A DNA stretch of 64,000 bases from Podarcis tiliguerta (lineage: Eukaryota): NCBI GenBank assembly GCA_965153285.1, contig OZ229115.1; one strand, 5' to 3'. The notes beneath the pieces were generated by a model. It was given only the letters and a program-made list of their open reading frames with translations, was not told where the DNA came from and searched no databases. Below are positions 38,156-50,815 of the stretch, one piece after another. A program made the translations under genes and the position numbers. Numbering within the stretch: position 1 is the stretch's first letter; each line of letters starts with the position of its first letter.

Positions 38156-38292
38156 TCATAGAATCATAGAATTGTACAGTTGGAAGGGACCATGAGGAAC
38201 TAATTCTAATCAACCCCGTACAATGCAGAAATCTTCTTGCCCAGCGTGGGGCTCAAACCCACAACCACGAGGTTAAGAGTTTCATGCTCTCT
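38156..38292 (-). mobile_element. tRNA-Lys-derived SINE with a CR1-type (TTCTATGA)n tail
   Basis: Minus strand agagcatgaaactcttaacctcgtggttgtgggtttgagccccacgctgggc resembles tRNA-Lys(CTT); ends ggtcccttccaac...ttctatgattctatga. Confidence 0.8.
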
Positions 38293-38329
38293 TGAACATA
38301 TAAGCATCATTAAGTTTAAACATACAAAA

Positions 38330-38525
38330 CTGAGTTATGCAAGAGTCTGACACTTGATTCATCTAGCTTAGTATTGTCTCCTATAACTAGGAGTGGCTCT
38401 TCATGATCTCAGACAAAAATCTTTCCCATCACCTGGTTTCTGAGTGCTTTTAATCAGAGGTGCAAGGGATTATACCTGGGTCCTCTCGCATGCAAACATG
38501 TGTTCTATAAATTGTGGCCACTCCC
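38330..38525 (-). mobile_element. Older Squam3-type SINE
   Basis: catctagcttagtattgtct...acctgggtcctctcgcatgcaaac resembles the 37559 copy but has a longer body. Confidence 0.6.
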
Positions 38526-39984
38526 CTCCTCCTTGCTGATATTTAAAAAAGGATGCTCTATCTTGCAGTGTCCATTTTCAGTGGGGGGGGTGGCTATGCC
38601 AAAGCAAACGAGAGTTAATCAAAAACAGTCATAGAAAAAAGTCAAACACAAACAGGCAGCTGCACGGATGATTAGGTTGCAAACACATTTTGAGAAAAAC
38701 TGTTTGTCAAGGCCTGACTAAACCCAATACATGAAGCATCTCTCACTTCCTTCCCACCAAAGTTGTCAACTCCCTCTCCAGCTAACAAAGCATGCCGGAG
38801 AACCAGAACGTTGCCAGCCCATCACCCATGCCTTCCCAAAGTGAACATTAACTTCAATTTGAAAAAACTGATAGGAGAAAACAGAAAAATCAAGCGGAAC
38901 ATGGGCACCCTCTCCACTGAAGAGTCAGGCACTCTTAAAAGCAGAGAATGACAGAAAAACGCAACAGAGCCAAGCAGAAAGCTGCACAATGCCAGCAAAG
39001 CAGCAGGTGACAGCAGAGCTTAAAATTTCTCCTGGGTTCTGGAATCTCACAGCAGGCAACCTCTGGCATTTGGGCCCAGACAATGTGAGACGAGCTGTGT
39101 TCTTGCTGTGACAAAACACCCCGCCCAGAAACAGTCACCATTAGCATGTGTTCTGCCAGTGAGAAACCTCCAGAGCCAAAGGACAAGTGCAGCAATTAGA
39201 ATGCAGGGAGGGAGGGGGGCAGGAGCTGTTTAACTGCACGACCCCAGAGGTCAGTGCATCTGACTCCTAGCACTTCCATAAATATTACATGAATGTGGGG
39301 AGGGGATGTTTTAAGCTTCCCTGAAAGAATTCTCCCTTTGACCCTTCCCCTCATTCTCACATTCTACATGCAGCTCAACATGTTAGCAACGTTATGTACA
39401 CATGCAAAAGGCCAGATAATAATTTGTGTAAATGAAGGGAAGTGGATAAAAGTGTTGACTGCAGGAGTGACCTAGAAAAAGCAGGGATCTCCAATACCCA
39501 TCCTTGTTCCATATGCAACAGTTCTTCTATATAATGCATTTATCATCTGCTCGGAGTCAGTGCCTCACAATCAGATCCATCAAAGCACAGGACACCGGGA
39601 AAGGGAAAACAGAACTTTCAGCAGTACATGGATCATGCAAGATATAAAGAGGCAACTTGCCATACGACTGTAATTGCATTCCGTCACCACTGAACCTCAT
39701 CTACCATGGGTAGGGATGCGAAATGAACTGGTTTGCTCTGAATTTCAGAGTGAACTGACCTGATCTGCATCTCCAGGATTAACGCACAGAATAAAATGTG
39801 ATTTTGTGAACCTATGGCCACCCACACGCCCTCAAGTCTTTCCTTGGCCACACATGGCATATTCCTACAACTTTTCTTTGCAAAAAAAAAAGCTCTAGCA
39901 TCTCCACAGCTCTTTTCGGAATATATATACACACATACCAGCCCTGTTTTGCCTTTCTTAAAAACAAAATTAATGTCACCTGAA

Positions 39985-40129
39985 TAGTCTTCCCCAACCT
40001 GGTGCCCCAGGTTGTAATCCAGGTTTTGGATTACAACTCCCTTCATTCCTCAACACTGACCATGTTAGCAGCGGGTGATGGGAGTTATAGCCTAAAAGGA
40101 AATGGAGGGCACCAGTTGGGAAAGGCTGC
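39985..40129. mobile_element. Short hAT MITE of the ggactacaactccc family; further copies near 36432-36515, 49095-49217, 51290-51421 and 59111-59170
   Basis: Inverted termini tagtcttccccaacctggtgccc ... gggcaccagttgggaaaggctg. Confidence 0.7.
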
Positions 40130-40986
40130 ACTAGAGAGAGAGAAGAAACAGAATTCACCTAGCATGAGGCTCTCACCAAACCATCCTGCTTGCATGTAAT
40201 ATAGTAATCACCAAGTGACTCAGTGATCCTAGTGTACCTCTAAGCCTGATAACTATTTGACCATTTAGACATTTCCCACACTGGTGGTAAGAAGGCAAGG
40301 TCTGCAAGTATCCTGGAACTGAGAAAGAGCCCCAGCCTTCATGCATCTCCTATGATCGTGCTCTAATGCTCCTTGACATCCCTCTGAAGACGGTGAGCTA
40401 TTTGTAGTCACCACCATGATTTGTTAGTAATTATTTTCATGGTGTCACATTGCTGTCACACTGCTAACAAAGAGACAGGCAGCCTGAGGCTGCTTGCAAG
40501 AGACACTCAGAAAATGTGGCGGGGGGTGGGGGGGGGTGGGATTGTCAGGCACCCAAAGACTCTCTTTGCTCAACAGAGCTTTCGAACCAGAGCCCTTACA
40601 ATAGCCTAAAATCAATGGTTCCTCAGAAGCAGCAAGCCAGCACTATCTTGCACTTTGGCCACAGAGGCTGAAATTAATTACTATCCTCCTCCGCACTATC
40701 CCTGAAACAAAGCCAACAAAGCCAGCGGGTTCGGGGTAGTTTTAGATTTCCTTAAGCTATTAACGTGTAAGAGATCTAAAGCAAAGACACATACAAAATG
40801 TGGGTGCAGATGACTTTAGCTATCTCCTTTCAAGCTGCATTTTCCCCCCAAGCACAGCAAAACCACTGCAAAGTCTACAGTATCCCAGTATCGGCAAATA
40901 TGCTAATTTATACACAGTGACAATGTGCTGTATTTCTTCAGTCTGGCCGCCTTAGCTGTTTAGCATTTCCCAGTGCTAAGGGACAG

Positions 40987-40990
<4 letters not shown>

Positions 40991-41043
<53 letters not shown>
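40991..41043. repeat. (AG)n microsatellite
   Basis: Directly visible. Confidence 0.97.
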
Positions 41044-41047
<4 letters not shown>

Positions 41048-41949
41048 CACAGCTTAATGGCTTGTGCCCGTTACCTTGCCCTCGTGTCACTGACATCCCA
41101 AGAACTTCCTATATGCCAGCTCCATCCATCCATCTTGCACCTGTGACTGTGATACTTCAGACTGACTTGTCAGTCAAAGGTAATCATCCTTCCCCCACTA
41201 TCTGCATTGCTTGCTTGGTCCCATGAGAAATGTCAGCAATTCGAAGACCTGGTATGTTGCACAATACAAATACAGTCAAATGAAAGTGAGCTGCCACACC
41301 AGCTGACCCTTCAGGCTGCCTTGATTCCAGCTGCATAGAATAAGGGTGAACATGGCTCCTTGAACAATCCTAAATGTTCACAGCATCCAATAGGTATGAT
41401 CTTCCTTCTGCTCAATGTAACAGCTTGCACATCATACATCACAACAACTGAAGAAAAGTGCCAAAGAATTCTGAGGACATTAAAACTAATTGAAGAAGCT
41501 TAACCTGGCGAGTGTGTGTCACATAAAGACAAGTTGCGAAACTTACCATATGCTCCAAAAATTGATACGTCCCCCCCCCCCCTTTGAATGGCCCTAATCA
41601 CTACTTAGAACGTTTAAACGGTCCATAAAATGTAACTGATGCAACAACTCATGGGGCTGCAAAATGATGTCACAATTCAAGAGGATGGTTTGACCTCATC
41701 TGTACCTGCAGAATTAATGGAAGGAGGATGTTGGTTCCAAGTTTGCACTGTTTCCATGAGCCACCAAAGTCCTAGCACAACGATAGCTAAAGAACATGCA
41801 GATACATTCACACCTCAAAAGGCAGAAATCGTGAAACATTGTTCAGACAGCCTGATAATGTTGGCATCGATGCAGCACAGAAAGGATAAATAATTTAACT
41901 TCAGCCATACCTAATACTCCTTGCTATTTAACTTTACCCAGAATCCATT

Positions 41950-42375
41950 TTGGAAACGATGCCTTATGAGGAACGGCTAAGGGAGCTGGGCATGTTTAGC
42001 CTGGAGAAGAGGAGGTTAAGGGGGGATATGATAGCCATGTTCAAATATATAAAAGGATGTCACATAGAGGAGGGAGAAAGGTTGTTTTCTGCTGCTCCAG
42101 AGAAGCGGACACGGAACAATGGATCCAAACTACAAGAAAGAAGATTCCACCTAAACATTAGGAAGAACTTCCTGACAGTAAGAGCTGTTCGACAGTGGAA
42201 TTTGCTGCCAAGGAGTGTGGTGGAGTCTCCTTCTTTGGAGGTCTTTAAGCAGAGGCTTGACAACCATATGTCAGGAGTGCTCTGATGGTGTTTCCTGCTT
42301 GGCAGGGGGTTGGACTCGATGGCCCTTGTGGTCTCTTCCAACTCTATGATTCTATGATTCTATGATTCTATGATT
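41950..42375 (+). mobile_element. Young 5'-truncated CR1 LINE with an intact ORF2 C-terminal frame and (ATTCTATG)n tail
   Basis: ORF 41950..42285 ([31 protein letters not shown]...[17 protein letters not shown]) is the canonical CR1 ORF2 end; about four octamer tail repeats. Confidence 0.97.
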
Positions 42376-42408
42376 TTGCTTGTTCCCCATCCCTCCCATA
42401 TGATAGTA

Positions 42409-42668
42409 CAGTCATACCTTGGGTTGAATATGCTTCATGTTGAGCGCGTTCGACTTGCACTCTGTGGCAACCCGGAAGTAATGGAACGCAATACTTCCGG
42501 GTTTCGCCGCTCGCGCATGCGCAGACGCTCAAAATGGCGTCACACGCATGCACAGAAGCGGCGAAAAGCAACGTGCACGTGCGCAGACATGCCGTCGCTA
42601 GTTACGTTTATTTCTGGATGCGAACAGGGCTCCGGAACGGATCCCGTTCACATCCTGAGGTACCACTG
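42409..42668. mobile_element. Tc1/mariner (Tigger-like) MITE, CpG-rich
   Basis: TA|CAGTCATACCT...AGGTACCACTG|TA; internal 12-bp perfect inverted repeat at 42469-42480 / 42492-42503. Confidence 0.85.
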
Positions 42669-42732
42669 TATATACTACTTTTTCAGCTTCAAAGTACTGC
42701 CTCTAACAATATTGAAGGTTCTTGGTCAAACA

Positions 42733-42936
42733 AAGGGTCAGAAACCTTTTTCAGCCATGGGCTGGTCCACCGTCCCTCAGACCATGTGGTGGGCCGGACT
42801 ATATTTTTTTTTGGGGGGGGGATGAATGAATTCCTATGCCGCACAAATAACCCAGAGTTGCATTTCAAATAAAAGGACACATTCTACTTATGTAAAAACA
42901 CGTGGATTCCCACGGGCCTTAGGTTGCCTATCCCTG
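42733..42936. mobile_element. hAT (Charlie-like) MITE
   Basis: Ends aagggtcagaaacc / ggttgcctatccctg; 8-bp TSD GTCAAACA/GGCAAACA. Confidence 0.75.
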
Positions 42937-43704
42937 GGCAAACACATAAAGCGGAGCCTACAGCCAAAACAGATCATCCTGTATCTTAACAGGTTTCATC
43001 TCTGACCTCTGCCTTTCACTAACAACTTAAACAGATAACTGCCATTTAACTCAATTTTGCTACAATCTAGCCAGCCAAAGAACAGAGCCCTAGAGTTTTC
43101 AGCATCACACAAAAAAACTCCAGATCTCTAGACCTAACAGAATGGAAAAGGAGCTCCAAGATTATCTACCTAACCCGAAGCACTGAAAGAATTATCTAGA
43201 TCACATCTGGGCAACTTAATACCCATATGCCAAATACAAATTAAGGGCATCCTTTCTGTAGCTTGTCAAGTATTCACTGCACCACATAGCAGGCTAGCTA
43301 CCATCTTACATTGTATTTTATTACACTTTAGCCCAGTATTTCTTTTAGGAAATAGCTCTGTCCATTTGGCAGAATGCAGTGTCAGCAAACCCAAAGTGTA
43401 AGTTCTCTTCCCTATCATGGTCCAGAAAGCTTCAGCAGGTATACAATCCAACCTACGCTCAAAAAGTCATCCAGCAGAATGCTATGCTAACTGATTGTGT
43501 CTCCCCATTCTTATTAAAATATCATCAAGCAAGGAAGTTGGTCAATAACCTCAAAAAAACACCTATATGAATATTTGGCAATATGCAAATATAAATATAA
43601 TTGATGAATAATCAATTACAAAGCTGGTGAAAAATCAATTTAAAATATCTAATCAGCTAACTTTCCTATTTCTTGATTTTCTTAGACCTCATGTGGAACA
43701 TGCA

Positions 43705-43952
43705 TCAACAGAATATTGTCCTGATTAAAGGAAGTAATAGTACCACTCTATTCTGCCTTGGTCAGACTACACCTGGAGTACTGTGTCTAGTTCTGGGCAC
43801 CACAATTTAAGAAGGATGTTGACAAGCTAGACAAGATGGTCAAGGGTATGGAAACCAGGTCTTATGAGGGATGGTTGAGGGAGTTGGGTATACTTAGCCT
43901 GGGAAAGAGGAGACAAAGGAGATATGATAGCCATCTTCAAATATCTAAAGGG
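43705..43952 (+). mobile_element. CR1 LINE ORF2 fragment
   Basis: [32 protein letters not shown]...YEGWLRELGILSLGKRR...DMIAIFKYLKG. Confidence 0.9.
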
Positions 43953-44080
43953 TTTATTTACTTATTTATTAAATTTGTATACTGCCTTCATTCAAAGATC
44001 TCAGGGCAGTTCACAGCAAAAATACAAGATAAAAACACAAAACACATAATAAAAATAAGAACAAAAACAAAACAATAAAC
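43953..44080 (-). mobile_element. L2-type LINE 3' UTR/tail abutting the CR1 fragment
   Basis: tttatttacttatttattaaatttgtatactgcc...tctcagggcagttcaca is the reverse complement of an L2-type tail. Confidence 0.6.
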
Positions 44081-47044
44081 CCCTTCACCCTCACTCCCTC
44101 CCCTTGCTGCTGGTGTGATACAAATGACTAATGCAGTATGTGTGGGTTAGTGGGCGGGTATTTCATTTATCACAGTTTTAAGGGAGAAAAGCATGCTCAC
44201 AGTGACATAAAATAAATGCTTATGGACTAGTAGCTTTTACAGACTTTTGTATGGCTATGCTACCCGCAGTACAACCACTGCCAGTCTCCGCATACTTTTT
44301 CTCAGTCTCAACTACAAGAAAATAGGACAATGCCACCACCCACCCCAATTATGAGTAATAAATTAATTTTTATTAAATAACTAATCACTCTCTCTCTAAT
44401 ATTCTACCCTAGATATCAGTTTCTCTTATGTTTTGCCCCCTTTCTTAGCGTTTTACTATCCCTTGTGATACTGTTGTCTGGCTTCATTCCCATGGTCTTA
44501 ATTTCCAAACCAATACCACTGTGCTCTCTCAACTTACACTGTGTCAAAGCTCATTATGCTTTCAGCTAACACACCACCAACCCCTTCAGATACAGGGATG
44601 AAGCTCTTACCCTTTGTGTATAGAAGATTAGACAAGCTGAAGTTTGCCGTCCATAGCAAGGTAATCCCTACGTGAACGGCTTAGTTACAAGCATCTCACC
44701 CAAAACCAATTCCTAGAAACCACAGGGAGAGGGAGAGAGGGGGGAGGAAGACACTTGCAGGATTCGACATACAACCCTCCATTCCCAAACAAAGCAAGAA
44801 AAAGAAAGCAGCAGAAAAGGTAAGAATGCAGAGCCATAAAATTAGAAAATACAGGACTGAGAAAGCGGGTGCTTGGATTACAAAACTAGTTTAAGTTTCC
44901 TTTTGTCTTGAAGAGTGAGAGATTTGGGGGTAAAATAATAGTCAGGGGTTTAGAAGAAGCTGACTGCCTGCAAAAGGTTCAATCTGGCCTCCCATGCTCA
45001 TTGATATCTTTATGTATTTGCTGGGAAAAGTCATCTAGGGGTTTGAGTTGAAGTAGCACCAAAACAAAATGGCATTCATTTCTACCTGTCTACCCATGGG
45101 AGGTTATGGAAGCCCTCCACCTAGACAAGAGGAGGTGCTGTGGATTGGAAAGTCACAGTCTCCAGATTCAGATGCACAAGTAGTCCTAGATGGAACTGTG
45201 GCCCCCAAGGAACAGCAACCGCAAAAAAATCCAGAACAGATTTAACAGATGAAAGGGAAGAGGAGGGAGGGAAATTTACACTGTGCAAACAAACATCCTT
45301 GCACTAATGGAACTACTGTGTTGGCTACCACTAATGTTCTGTCGGTTTTAACTCTAATGGGGAAGTTATGGCCTAAATTTTATAAAGATTTAATTCTGCA
45401 ATGTTGCATGTTGGTAATTGGTTGTGAGCCACTTTGTGAAGAAAAAATTTCCCAAAAAGTGGGGTATAATTTTTTTAAATAAATAAAAGCAATAGCCAGA
45501 TGAAGCAGAATTCAGTACATACACAGTACACACATAGGTCTTCTACTTGTTTATTCCAGAACATATTATGCTGACAGCAATTTTTATGGTGAAGCATGTG
45601 ATGTAGCAGCATAGGTATTATATGTACTCGGAAAAACAAGCCAAGGATCAGCACTTAACCATGGTTTCCCATTCCCATTCCCAACTGAAACAATGCTTAA
45701 TGATTTCAAGACAAGCAACTTTGAACTATGGCTTAATATCCTGGCTTGTTTTGAAGCCACTAACCATACTTTCCAGATTCTCACATATTGGGGAGCTATG
45801 ATTAAGTGAGGAATCTTGTTCTGTTGTTTGCGTGAAGGGAGGAGCTAAAGGACAGAAAAGGGACTGCCTGCAGCAGTTGCGTACTGCTCATGCATATCTT
45901 AACTTTTTAAAAGTTAAGAGAATAGTTAAGAGAGAATATTTGGCTTAATAGCATGTGAAAAGTGGTCTATCTGCTAGGATTATTAAAGGATTGTGAATTC
46001 TGCATTTGCATGGCTTGACTGCAGAATACACATAATCCTGCCCTTAATTCGCCATTGCTACACCTGTGATGTAATCAGTTGTGAGATCTGACAAATTCTC
46101 CAGGCAGAAATTTTAAATGCTTGGCATTATTCGAAGCAACTTATTTGTGAGACTGGTTAGGTTTGTGTTGTTCTTTTTAAGATGCAGATTTCTTGATTCG
46201 GGAGCAAAATCCTTCACTCAACGAATACAGGGCAACAAGCACAATAACACTATTCCTAAAAAGCCACACATCCACCAGTATTAGCATCTCGGGAAGCAGT
46301 CCTTCACACTAGAAGATATTAGAACTGTGCATGAGTCGACAGTATTAACAGTGAGGTCCAGTGTAGCATGAGCAAATGCAACACGATACTTCCTTCTCCT
46401 CCAATCTGTAGCATATTGCACACCTCCAAAATCTCCAGAACAGATTGTGGAGTCACAGGTGGAGACTGGAAGGTGAAGGAAAGAAAGCAGAATTCCAGCT
46501 GCACACATGGATTTCAGCAAGCAGGTGGATCTTACTGGGTGCCGCCATAATACTGGACTTCAGTTAACGTAAGCCTAGAACATGGTTGGTAACTTAAGAC
46601 CTTGGATCTATGAAAGTCAAGTGGTTTATTCTCTGAGCTTATAATAGAGAGCTTCTGCCCTTTCCATTGTTCTTGATATATTCTGAACGTGGCATCGCCA
46701 ACTCTTCTTGTAAAACTTGGACAAGGGAAAATTAAAAACAGTAAAATCAAATTAAGCAATGGTATAATTCACTGCTAAGGATTCACTAATGTGCATCCCA
46801 AGAAATGCACCAAGAGCTATAAATGTTTCTAGTATGTTTTATCACCATATTAGAAAGCAAGCATTTGCTTTTTAACCACTTACTTATCAAAATAAAAACT
46901 TCTGAGCAAGTAGTTTCCTGGAGAGAAATGAATTAGTCAAGTCTTTCCTGCCATGGAAATAATCAGATACGCATTTTCATGTCTTAGAAATTTAGCTTTT
47001 GCAGGTGGGACTTGTTCTGCTTCTCATCCTCAGCCCCAAACAGT

Positions 47045-47278
47045 ACTTAATAGTCTGTTTGGATCAAACTAAAGGTTCATCCATCCCATAGTGGTCATTG
47101 AGATCCTTTGGGAAAGCCCACTGGAAGCAGAGCGTGAAGGCAACAGCCTTCCTCTGCTGCTGCCCACAGTAAAAAGTAGGTTCCATTGAACTATCATGGC
47201 TAATAGGCATTACAGACACATTTGCCAAATCCCCCTTTGAAGTTAGTCAAGCCAGTGGCAATAATGACATCTTCTGTC
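47045..47278 (-). mobile_element. Old CR1 3' end
   Basis: Reverse complement resembles the CR1 3' UTR of the 30408 and 52215 copies; boundaries approximate. Confidence 0.5.
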
Positions 47279-48699
47279 AGACAGAAGATGGATCTCTAGT
47301 CTGACCCAGCTTGGCAACTATTATACTAAGTTATCTTGGGTGCTACTCCAAGTCAACACAAAAGTGAAGTTCCTTCATGATATAAATGGGGTGCAGTATG
47401 ACAGCCTGTTCCTTGTATGTGTGGAGGACCTTCTCAGGGGTGCCTACTATTTTTATATTATATGCAGGTTGTGAATAAGAGCAGAATGAACAGGGTGGAG
47501 ATCAAGCCTCTATATCAGCTTCCAGAAAATCAGACAAGGTTGAAATATCTATGCTCTACTTCTGGTTCTCCTGGATGGTAATGATGAAGCTAGACAGGCT
47601 GAATTATCCAGGATATAGCACAATGCATCAATATAATGATATAGCAGACAGGAAAGAATGACTCACCAGGTGCTGGTTTGCTTTGAGCAGAGAGAAAAAG
47701 AATACAATGCCACCCCACCATACTGTTGGAACAGGGAGATTTTCCACAGAGATACAGGGCAGAACAGGGAGGCTTACTCAGGGGGAAGCCTGGTGTGAAT
47801 AAGCCTGAGGTAGTTCCCTCATCTGGCCCCTCCAAGGAAGCAAGACCCAGTGGTTTGTAACACAAAATACACCATTCACTGCTCATAACAAACAATACAC
47901 ATAAATCCCACGCTACACTGGTTTCCAAGAATGAGCTGCTTACCCCAAGTCCAAGCTTTGCCTTGCAGTTTCACATTCTCACGTAGCTCCTTGGAATCCC
48001 CTTCCCACAGCACTTGTTCTCAGGCCTAAGGTCCCATAAGCTTAACAAGGCTGAATCTCCACTCACACATTTCAGCCTGGCAGGTCTGGTGCCTCTTATC
48101 TCGAGCTTCAGGTAGTTTCTTTTTAATTAATAGCATTTCTGTATCGATGGAGGAAACTCTAACACCCAGAATGAATGGCCCTCTCTCATTAGATCCACTG
48201 CTGTCATGATGTATTCAAGCTGTGGAGGAGAATTCATTTCCTCTCAGGTGCATGGACTTTTCTTTTCCTTAGTGGGGGGAGGTTTTTAGAATGAGTGACG
48301 GTATTTGCCAAACCTGACATGAGACTACGTTGATGTGAAATGCCTTTGTCAGGACAACCCTTCAGAAAGGTGATGTTCCCACTCAGGGGCTTTTTCCTCG
48401 TTAAAGAAATTGCATCTTAACAAGGAAAGGAGGCTAGTAAGCAGGAGGAGAACAGCTGTCTTCCTTTTGCCAATCCGATTCCTGCTGATCAGTGGGGGCT
48501 GGGAGTCAGGAAATCCATCCATGCACATGTTGGGTACAGAATCAGCACCTGGTTTCTTCTGGGCAACAACTCACCACGTATCCCAAACAGGTCCATGATA
48601 CTATTCTGACCTAAGCTCATCACTGCTGGATATTCACTTATGCCTAGCTGCTGTCAACATCTAATGAAGAACCCTGGAACCCTGAAGCTAAACAAAATA

Positions 48700-49095
48700 A
48701 TGTGACAGTATGCCAGCTACGAATCTACTGGAACAGAAACAGCCTTGCTTCAGTTATCCATTACCTGGTAACTTCCTGTGTGGACTATTGCAATGCACTG
48801 GGTATGGGAATGCATTTGAAAATGGTTTGGAAACTCCAGTTAATTCAGAATATGACCATGAGACTGCTAACTGGGACCAGATGATATGAGCACATCAAGC
48901 CAGTACTTCAATCCCTTCACTGGTTCTGTTTCCAGAAGGAGTTAAAAAAGTATTGGTGTTTACTTTTAGGGCCTTTCAAAGCTTAGAACAAAGATACTGA
49001 AGAACTCTTTTCGTTCTATCCCTACACATACCTACCTAACACTTCAGATTTTCTTCAGGTCCAGCTTCATGTGCCCCTACCAGGTGAGGTGCAGG
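48700..49095 (+). mobile_element. L2-clade LINE ORF2 C-terminal fragment
   Basis: LASVIHYLVTSCVDYCNAL...KLQLIQNMTMRLLTG...EHIKPVLQSLHW is a degenerate L2 VTSRLDYCN / KLQLVQNAAARLLTG / HITPVL-LHW motif series. Confidence 0.85.
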
Positions 49096-50393
49096 ATGTG
49101 GCCCCTCAGATGCTGCTGCACTACAACTCACCTTCTTCCTATCAGACATGCTTGCTGGGGCCTTTAGGAACTATACATAAGCAATATATGAAGGGTCACA
49201 GGTTAGCACCCCTACTGCAACAACAAGGGATAAAACCTTAGATTTTTTTTTTCTGAAATACTGAAAGAAAGAGGATGGAAAGTACTGAGAAAGAGCCACT
49301 GATTCTTATTCCAACAATGAATTGGAACTGTAAAAAAAACACACACCACATGTTTGCTCCTTGTACTAAAATGCCCATTAAAGATAAGCACAAGATAGAG
49401 AGCTCCCTCAAGTGCAGAAGATATATTTTCAGAAATATATCATTTAATTTTCCTGTTATTATCTAGAATAAAAAGATTAATAACTGTTAACCTGACACAT
49501 ATTTTTGCAACTTATTTAATACTAGTCTGACCTTTGACTTTTAAAAAATCTGGATCTGAACCAGTATGATTCCTGAAAACAGGAAACTCACACACTCATC
49601 TATCATAAGCAAAACAGCTGTTTATCCTTTGCACAATAATGACATATTAGTTAGCTTCCCTCCAGTGCACTCTTAGAATATAATTGAACTTTGCTGAGGA
49701 ATACATCTGAGGTATGCTGCACATCCAAGCTACTGTGCCTCTTTTGGTCCTTGAGGCAGCATATCAGCTCTTCACCAATCCCATTTGAAAAGAGATGTAG
49801 CTCAGTTCTGCTTTGCTAAATCTTATTTGGCAATGTGTCTAAACACATGCAAACTTAATTAGTTCAGGAGGGAGCCTCAGCATTCATAGTGATGGATAAA
49901 AGTAAATGGGGAAATGAGACGAGTCAGGGCTGGCAGCAAGCGCTCTCTCACTCAAGCTCAAGCCATGTTCGCCAACATGCTGCTAATCAGATGTGATGGC
50001 ACTAAGGCTTCTGCAGCCCATCTCCACTGGGACAAAGTGACGGGCTGTTCATTAACAGGTAGCTGCTGAAGCCCTTACTTCCATGAAGCCGGAATCACAA
50101 AACCACAGGTTTCCCACTTGGCACCAGAAACATCCAAGCATTAGCCTCTGAAACTGTTGTGTAAAATAACAATTTAAAATAAGATAAAATGCATGGTGGG
50201 GGAGATGAGCCATTTACAACATCTTCTGAGGCTACAATGGAATGTTCTCTCCCACATGAATGAAAATGCATGTAGAAGATACGCAAAGAATGACGTTAAC
50301 AAACTCAAAAAGGATCTGTGGTGTCTCCTGCTGGCCATGAGGCCTCAAATCCACACTGCAGGAAGGAAAATCATCATTATGTTCTTTTCCCTC

Positions 50394-50815
50394 ACAGAAT
50401 CATAGAAGTGTATGATATGTTTGTCCTAGATATATTTTGTAAGGCTTCCATAATAGAATTATACACCTCAACTAGCTAGCTCTATTGCTTAACTGATTTA
50501 GAATGAAGTCCCTCACTCCTGCCAACCAAGTATCCAACTTAAAATAGGTCTGCACACACTTGAACTATTGCTTCTTGTTCTGTATTTAATGATCCTGGTC
50601 TTTCTTCTCTATGTCAGCCTCTTCCACATTCTATTTGCAAACAAGAGCAAATGGACCTGATAAATCTCAGCAAAGCTAGTTCACTCAGCTTTTATGTTTT
50701 TTATGCATTTCAAGCTCTTTACCATCTTTGATGCTTGTTCAAATCCTCTCGTTTGTTTGTATCCCCCTTAAAATGTGACACCAAAAACTAGACAAGCTGC
50801 TCCAGCTGAGCAGCA
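50394..50815 (-). mobile_element. Very old CR1 fragment
   Basis: acagaatcatagaa tail and aatgtgacaccaaaaactagacaagctgctccag (reverse of an LEYCVQFW-like region). Confidence 0.45.

Noticed and set aside
38240-38292. tRNA-Lys-like sequence
   Set aside because: 5'-truncated, mutated B box and fused to a CR1-type tail: a SINE, not a tRNA gene.
41950-42285. Clean 111-aa ORF as a host gene
   Set aside because: It is the C-terminus of CR1 ORF2 in a 5'-truncated copy.
44511-44523. Minus-strand CACAGTGGTATTG|gt (HSGI), resembling the end of the next ERI3 exon
   Set aside because: Wrong position (upstream of the LPGQC exon) and the preceding codons do not match QHIGRP; chance match.
46536-46715. Possible minus-strand exon ending ATGGCGGCACCCA|gtaaga
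   Set aside because: The donor falls at the terminus of a decayed foldback repeat (about 46350-46545), the acceptor is AAG, and there is no ERI3 similarity; too weak to report.
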